In this document: positions 58,580 to 64,000 of the stretch, one piece after another
Layout: each line of letters starts with the position of its first letter
How positions within the stretch are numbered: position 1 is the stretch's first letter
Source: Armatimonadota bacterium
GTDB lineage: Bacteria; Armatimonadota; Fimbriimonadia; Fimbriimonadales; Fimbriimonadaceae
Direction: 5' to 3'
Length of the DNA stretch: 64,000 nt
Assembly: GCA_031400935.1 (NCBI GenBank)
Contig: JANNQV010000018.1
Coordinates: forward strand, 62,001-126,000
Notes under the pieces: model-generated
Databases searched by the model: none
Told to the model about the DNA's origin: nothing
What the model saw: only the letters and a program-made list of their open reading frames with translations
Position numbers and translations under genes: made by a program

Positions 58580-61051
58580 TTACTCATCCCCGTCTACGCC
58601 TTCCGCCAAGTCAACATCCCCGTCATCTTCACCCTGAATGATCCTTGCAATGTTTCGAACTTGATCACCAGCAGCCAAGTCAATCAGCTTCACGCCTTGC
58701 GCGATTCTTCCAACCAGGCGAATGCCGTTCACCTTCATTCGGATGCCCTTGCCTTGTGTGGTCATGAGAAGCAGGCGATCATCGTCGCTGACAACTTCTG
58801 CGCCAATGATCACCCCGGTTTTCGCGGTGACATTCATCGTAAGGATGCCAGAACCGCCACGACCTTGAACGCGATATTCGTCAAGATTCGTTCGCTTGCC
58901 GTAGCCGTTTGCGCCTACTACGAGAAGGGTCATATCGGGCTGAATGATGTCCGCCGAAACCAGCGCATCGTCGCCGCGCATCCTCATTGCCCTCACTCCG
59001 CCAGCTTGGCGTCCTCGTGAACGCGCTTGTGTTTCGTTGAAGCGGATAGATTGGCCTTCGCGAGTAACGCAAATCACGTCGTCGGTTCCACGAGTTCGCA
59101 AAACCCAGCCAAGTTCGTCGCCTTCCTCGATGTCAAATGCATTGATTCCGTTTGATCGAATGTTGCCAAACTTGTTCAGCTCCGTTCGTTTGATCTCCGC
59201 CTTGCGAGTAATCATCGTCAGGAAGCCTTCCGCATTGATATCCTTAACGCTGACAGTTGCCGTCACTCGGTCATCACTTTCAATGGCAATGTAATTGATA
59301 ACCGGCATTCCCTTGGCATAGCGGCCATTTTCAGGAATGTCATAGGCGCGAAGCTTATGAACCCGTCCTCGATTTGTAAAGAACAAAATATAGTGGTGCG
59401 TATTCACCTGGAAGAGGTGCGCTGGCTCGTCGTCTGCCTTTTGGGTGTTGTTCACTCCCTTTCCACCGCGCTTTTGCTGCCGCCAGGCGTCTATGCTGAC
59501 CCGCTTAATATAGCCGTCTCGGGAGATGGAAATGATACATTCTTCTTCTGGAATCAGGTCTTCTTCGCTGAAATCTCCCGCTTCGCGGGCGATGATTCGA
59601 GTTCGCCGTTCGTCGCCGTGCTTGTCTCGCATTGCGATGACTTCATCGGTCAAAACCCGTGTCGAACGAACTTTGTCATTCAAAATATCCAATAGGTTTT
59701 GAACCCGAAGCAGAGCATCCTTGTACTTGTTTTCAAGTTCTTGCTGCGAAAGACGGGTCAATTGCCTCAACGCCATCGCAAGCACTGCATTGGCTTGGTA
59801 GGGCGACATACCAAACTTTCGAACCAAATTCACACGGGCTGTCGGAACGTCGTCTGAATCGCGAATTGTCTGAATGACCTCATCGAGGAACCTTCGTGCG
59901 ATTTGGTAACCCTCGTTCAGGTGGACTTCGTCAAATGCCCTAGCCAATTCGTAACGAGTTCTTCTTTCGATGACCGATCTGCGGTGAGCGATGTATTCAT
60001 CGAGCAAAATCGGGAGCGGCGAAGTTCGCGGGGCGCCATCAACAAGCGAAAGCATGATGCAGCCGAAACTGGTTCGCAATGGCGTGTGTTTGAGAAGATA
60101 GTTCAGGGCCTTGTTCGGGTTCACGTCGCGGCGAAGGCTGACCTCAACCCTCATTCCGCGCTTGTCAGAATAGTCCTGAACGTCAGTGATCCCGTCAAAC
60201 TTCTTGTTCTTGCCAATGTCTGCGATGTACTTGACCAAGCTTTCTTTTTTGACTTGATATGGAATTTCGGTAATGACGATGGACGATTTGCCCATTTCGC
60301 CAGGCTCGATCATCGTTTTGGCTTGCATGACAACAGAACCGCGGCCCGTTGTATAGGCGCTCTTGATTCCGTTGGTGCCCATAATCGTTCCGTAAGTTGG
60401 AAAATCTGGGCCGGGCATGACTTCCATTATCTCTTCGAGCGAGCAATCCGGATTGTCCACACGCATTAATATCGCATTGGAAACTTCGGTGAGGTTGTGC
60501 GGAGGCATATTCGTCGCCATGCCAACTGCGATTCCTTGCGAACCGTTGCAAAGCAGATTCGGGAATTTGCCTGTCAGAACCATAGGCTCATTTAGTGTTT
60601 GGCTATAGTTCAGAACCCAATCAACCGTTTCTTTGTCAAGGTCTTCCAGCATTTCCATCGCGAGTGGCGAAAGGCGGCATTCGGTATATCGCATAGCGGC
60701 GGCCCCGTCGCCATCAATCGAGCCGAAATTCCCTTGACCTTCAATCAGCGGATATCGCAACGACCAGGGCTGCGCCATTCGAACGAGGGTTGGATAAATA
60801 ACAGCTTCGCCGTGCGGGTGGAAGTTGCCCATGGTTTCACCGCAAACCTTGGCGCATTTGGCATAGCCTGAATCCGAAGTGAGATTTAGCTCGCGCATCG
60901 CGTACAGAATTCGGCGTTGAACGGGTTTTAATCCATCGCGAACATCTGGAAGTGCGCGGGCAATAATGACGCTGAGAGCGTAGTTAACGTAGCAACGACT
61001 GAGTTCGTCGTCAACGTTGACCATTTGTATTTTAAGATCGTGTTCGGCCAC
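58580..61051 (-). CDS. gyrA: DNA gyrase subunit A
   Basis: RALPDVRDGLKPVQRR, HPHG, AAMRYTE, GyrA-box QKRGGKG, beta-pinwheel repeats. Confidence 0.97.
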   Translation of the reverse strand: MAEHDLKIQMVNVDDELSRCYVNYALSVIIARALPDVRDGLKPVQRRILYAMRELNLTSDSGYAKCAKVCGETMGNFHPHGEAVIYPTLVRMAQPWSLRYPLIEGQGNFGSIDGDGAAAMRYTECRLSPLAMEMLEDLDKETVDWVLNYSQTLNEPMVLTGKFPNLLCNGSQGIAVGMATNMPPHNLTEVSNAILMRVDNPDCSLEEIMEVMPGPDFPTYGTIMGTNGIKSAYTTGRGSVVMQAKTMIEPGEMGKSSIVITEIPYQVKKESLVKYIADIGKNKKFDGITDVQDYSDKRGMRVEVSLRRDVNPNKALNYLLKHTPLRTSFGCIMLSLVDGAPRTSPLPILLDEYIAHRRSVIERRTRYELARAFDEVHLNEGYQIARRFLDEVIQTIRDSDDVPTARVNLVRKFGMSPYQANAVLAMALRQLTRLSQQELENKYKDALLRVQNLLDILNDKVRSTRVLTDEVIAMRDKHGDERRTRIIAREAGDFSEEDLIPEEECIISISRDGYIKRVSIDAWRQQKRGGKGVNNTQKADDEPAHLFQVNTHHYILFFTNRGRVHKLRAYDIPENGRYAKGMPVINYIAIESDDRVTATVSVKDINAEGFLTMITRKAEIKRTELNKFGNIRSNGINAFDIEEGDELGWVLRTRGTDDVICVTREGQSIRFNETQARSRGRQAGGVRAMRMRGDDALVSADIIQPDMTLLVVGANGYGKRTNLDEYRVQGRGGSGILTMNVTAKTGVIIGAEVVSDDDRLLLMTTQGKGIRMKVNGIRLVGRIAQGVKLIDLAAGDQVRNIARIIQGEDDGDVDLAEGVDGDE

Positions 61052-61184
61052 AGGTGAAAGTCCTCAAAAGGTGCATCGGCTCGGTTTCGCGATGCGGCTG
61101 GGAATGATCGTTAATTTTACCCAGAAATGCACATTTTCAACTTAGAGACGTGTTGTAACCAATACGTGCGTCACAATCTGAGAC

Positions 61185-62195
61185 ATGAAAGTTTTGGTAA
61201 TTGGCGGAACCCGATTTGTGGGGCGACATTTGGTCGAGGCGTTGCTGGCTGGGAATCACGAAGTCACCCTCTTTCACCGCGGGCAAACCGGGGCAGATTT
61301 GTTCGAAGGAAGTGTTCAGCGAGTCATTGGAGACCGAAATTCCGAACTTTCAAACCTGGGAGATGCTGACTTAGATGCAGTGATTGACACATGCGCTTAC
61401 CGGCCATCTCAGGTTCGCTCTGCGATACAGGCTCTTTCGGGCAAGGTGAAGTTTTATCTCCTGATCTCAACCGTAAGTGTTTATGATCCTGATTCTGCCC
61501 CGGTCTTAGAGGATTCGAAAAAATACGAACCGAATTGGAATAATGCCGCTGAGATCACTGGCGAAACCTACGGCCCACTCAAAGTTGCGTGCGAAATGGC
61601 ACTACTTAAAGGCAAAGGCTCGTTTAAGAATGGAGTTTGCATTCTCCGTCCTGGGCTTATCGTCGGGCCGCACGACCATACGGATCGGTTTACCTATTGG
61701 CTCGCGAGAATTCACGCTGGCGGAGATGTTTTGATTCCTGATGACGATGAGGCAACGACGCAGTTCATTGATGCTCGTGATTTGGCAGCTTTTATGGTTC
61801 GGTGCGTCGAGAATTCGACGACTGGGACAATGAACGCCGTCGGCCCTGCCTCACAAATTCGATTCAAACAATTACTTGAGTTGGCTCAGGGGCTGATCAA
61901 TCCAATGGCACAGCTTTGCCCGATTCCAGTTTCTGCACTACAAGAATCCGGAATCAAACCCTGGTCAGACCTTCCACACTATTCGAGTTTTGATCCAAAT
62001 GATCGAGCCATAGACCACGTTTCTTGCGACCTGGCAAAGCATGTTGGCTTGGTTCATCGTTCAGTTGAAGAGACAATTGTTGATACGATTGGCTGGTGGA
62101 CTTCCGAGCGGGCAAGTGAGCCGCAAAGGGCTGGAATGAGTCGGGAACGCGAGGCAGAAGTGATTGCTGGTTGGCGGTCATCAGTTAGCAGTTAG
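61185..62195 (+). CDS. NAD-dependent epimerase/dehydratase family protein
   Basis: GGTRFVG, ISTVSVY, YGPLK, RPGLIVGP. Confidence 0.9.
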   Translation: MKVLVIGGTRFVGRHLVEALLAGNHEVTLFHRGQTGADLFEGSVQRVIGDRNSELSNLGDADLDAVIDTCAYRPSQVRSAIQALSGKVKFYLLISTVSVYDPDSAPVLEDSKKYEPNWNNAAEITGETYGPLKVACEMALLKGKGSFKNGVCILRPGLIVGPHDHTDRFTYWLARIHAGGDVLIPDDDEATTQFIDARDLAAFMVRCVENSTTGTMNAVGPASQIRFKQLLELAQGLINPMAQLCPIPVSALQESGIKPWSDLPHYSSFDPNDRAIDHVSCDLAKHVGLVHRSVEETIVDTIGWWTSERASEPQRAGMSREREAEVIAGWRSSVSS

Positions 62196-62394
62196 CGGTC
62201 TGCGGCGAGCGGCTCCTTCCCCCGTCAAGCCACTAATTTCCAGGGATTTCGGTCTTTCATTGACGGGGGAAGGTTGGGATGGGGGCACAGTTCCGCCTTC
62301 TGCATTCATCCTCCTGCTCTCCCCGAGCCTGAAGAGCCTGAAATTTTGCGATTTGCAGGGGACGGAATCAATCTCCAAAGCGGACTGAAGTTTA

Positions 62395-62497
62395 GTGACT
62401 CCGAAGGAGTCAAAGCCTAATAGCCCGGAGACGAATCTGGGAGACTCCGGGTTCAACGGCCGTCCAAATGCCGCACCCTGGAGGGGTGCAAGAATCC
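62395..62497. repeat. Three-hairpin REP-like element, family A copy 2
   Basis: Homologous to 5096-5198. Confidence 0.75.
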
Positions 62498-62659
62498 GAA
62501 CCATGCTTTTCTCAATGTTCACATGGTGGCTGGCGGATTGCAGTTTGTGGTCGGCGAGACGCCAGACCGACCCAGATGCGGGCGAGACGCCACGCGCTCC
62601 TTGGGCTGCGCAACATCCCCATACCCCGCACCCTTCCCAACACTGTTACAATGAACCTA

Positions 62660-63277
62660 ATGTCTACGGGCAAAATAGTTGTGGGGGTTACGGGTGCAAG
62701 TGGAGCGATTTACGCTCAGCGATTCCTCAAATTTGCCGCCAAAAAGTTTGACGAAGTCTTCCTCATTCTCTCTGCCCAAGCAGAGCAGGTAGCTTCCGTA
62801 GAGCTTGGAATTACCATTTCGCGAGACAACCTCGACATCGAAAAATGGCTCGGCGAGCCTTTTGAAAACATCCGAATACTCGACGAAAAGAACTACTTCA
62901 CACCTCCTGCTAGCGGCTCGTTTCGGCATGATGGAATGGTGATTATTCCTTGCAGCATGGGAACGGCGGGGCGAATTGCGAATGGAATCTCAAACGATCT
63001 TTTGACCCGTTCGGCCGATGTTTGCCTGAAAGAAAAACGCAAACTGATTCTTGTTCCTAGAGAGATGCCCTGGAATATAATTCACCTTCGAAACATGACC
63101 CAACTCGCAGAGGCAGGCGCAACCATTCTTCCGGCTTCGCCTGCATGGTATTCGAAACCGAAATCTTTAGAAGATTTGGCAGATACGGTCGTTGCGCGGG
63201 TGTTTCAGTCCTTAGGGGTTGAGCAAGATTTGCAGAAAGAGTGGATGGGGGAAGACTTTGGGAGTGCGCGGGCTTGA
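62660..63277 (+). CDS. ubiX: Flavin prenyltransferase UbiX
   Basis: GVTGASG, ASGS, PCSMGT, RSADVCLKEKRKLILVPRE. The track start 62468 lies in repeats. Confidence 0.93.
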   Translation: MSTGKIVVGVTGASGAIYAQRFLKFAAKKFDEVFLILSAQAEQVASVELGITISRDNLDIEKWLGEPFENIRILDEKNYFTPPASGSFRHDGMVIIPCSMGTAGRIANGISNDLLTRSADVCLKEKRKLILVPREMPWNIIHLRNMTQLAEAGATILPASPAWYSKPKSLEDLADTVVARVFQSLGVEQDLQKEWMGEDFGSARA

Positions 63278-63371
63278 TCGCGCTTTTTTTCGGAATTTGC
63301 ACCGAACACTGGGTTCAATAGTCGTTAAGAAAGAGACAGCAAGAACGCGGTCAAGCCCGCGCACTCCCAAA
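63257..63371. repeat. REP-like inverted repeat, family C copy 2
   Basis: TTTGGGAGTGCGCGGGCTTGATCGCG ... CGCGGTCAAGCCCGCGCACTCCCAAA. Confidence 0.8.
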
Positions 63372-63380
63372 AGCCCAAAC

Positions 63381-64000
63381 ATGAACCACCTCCAACATCG
63401 AATCGTACTTGCCGGAGGATCGGGCGATCTAGGAAGAGCCTTGATCGCCCACTTTCGTGCGATTGGAATTTCATCGGTCGTCCTTAGCCGAAGCGGCAAT
63501 CCTGTAAATGGCTCAGTCAAATCGGTGAAGTGGCTAGACGGCAACGACGAATGGAACCAAGAGCTAGAAGGCGTGTTGGCAGTAGTCAACCTCTGCGGCG
63601 AGCCGATCGCTCAAAGATGGACGCAAGAAACTTTGAAGACCATTCGATCTTCAAGAGTCTGGCCGACCCATGAGATTGGAAGTGCTCTCCAATCCGCAAA
63701 GAATCCGCCTCGAATGTGGATCAACATGAGCGGCATCGGCTACTACGGAAATCGCGGCGACGAAGAACTGAATGAAAACTCAATGGTTGGCGACGGCCCA
63801 ATATCCGAGATTTGCAAAGAATGGGAAGGGACTGCCATTTCGTCTTGCCCTAACACTATGAAACTCACAATACTGAGAGCTGGAGTCATCTTTCAACCAG
63901 GTCTCGGATTTTTGAACGAAATGGTCAAAGCCACCAAGCGTGGCGTGGGTGGCAGAATCGGGACTGGAAGGCAGTGGATCTCTTGGATTAGTATCCAAGA
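63381..64000 (+). CDS. TIGR01777/YfcH-family NAD(P)-binding epimerase; runs off the window
   Basis: Hand translation: MNHLQHRIVLAGGSGDLG...VVNLCGEPIAQRWT...SRV...SGIGYYG..GDE...ICKEWE. Confidence 0.88.
   Translation, partial: MNHLQHRIVLAGGSGDLGRALIAHFRAIGISSVVLSRSGNPVNGSVKSVKWLDGNDEWNQELEGVLAVVNLCGEPIAQRWTQETLKTIRSSRVWPTHEIGSALQSAKNPPRMWINMSGIGYYGNRGDEELNENSMVGDGPISEICKEWEGTAISSCPNTMKLTILRAGVIFQPGLGFLNEMVKATKRGVGGRIGTGRQWISWISIQ

Noticed and set aside
62181..62650. ORFs and an extended ubiX N-terminus
   Set aside because: The region is a stack of REP-like elements; UbiX homology begins at about 62660.

Overview
Bacterial chromosomal window, mostly housekeeping genes. Gene content and repeat style suggest Armatimonadota (Fimbriimonas-like); this is inference only. 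It carries the end of a probable heavy-metal RND efflux cluster next to tRNA-Val(TAC), an amidase, trmD-rplS-lepB, tRNA-Ile2(CAT), a sugar ABC transporter, mrp, ppa, a TerY/vWA-PP2C-kinase triad, galK, recG, atpZI-BEFHAG (no atpDC), ychF, pheS, tpiA, nuoD/E/F, gyrA and ubiX. The main hidden signal is two paralogous thioredoxin-fold genes 27 kb apart (15859-17001 and 42731-43915). The ORF track splits each in two, but each has an in-frame TGA at the same position of a conserved NGHPxGCT-TGA-NNG motif followed by a hairpin, so both are candidate members of an unannotated selenoprotein family. Other notable items: a Cys-rich RAPP-motif leader ORF with an adjacent terminator upstream of the efflux operon; a palindromic repeat inserted in-frame in an ABC binding protein; a nonsense-interrupted terY; a synonymous duplicate of the ychF 3' end; an integrase-like relic at tRNA-Val; a candidate small RNA; several REP-like families; and many apparently leaderless genes.
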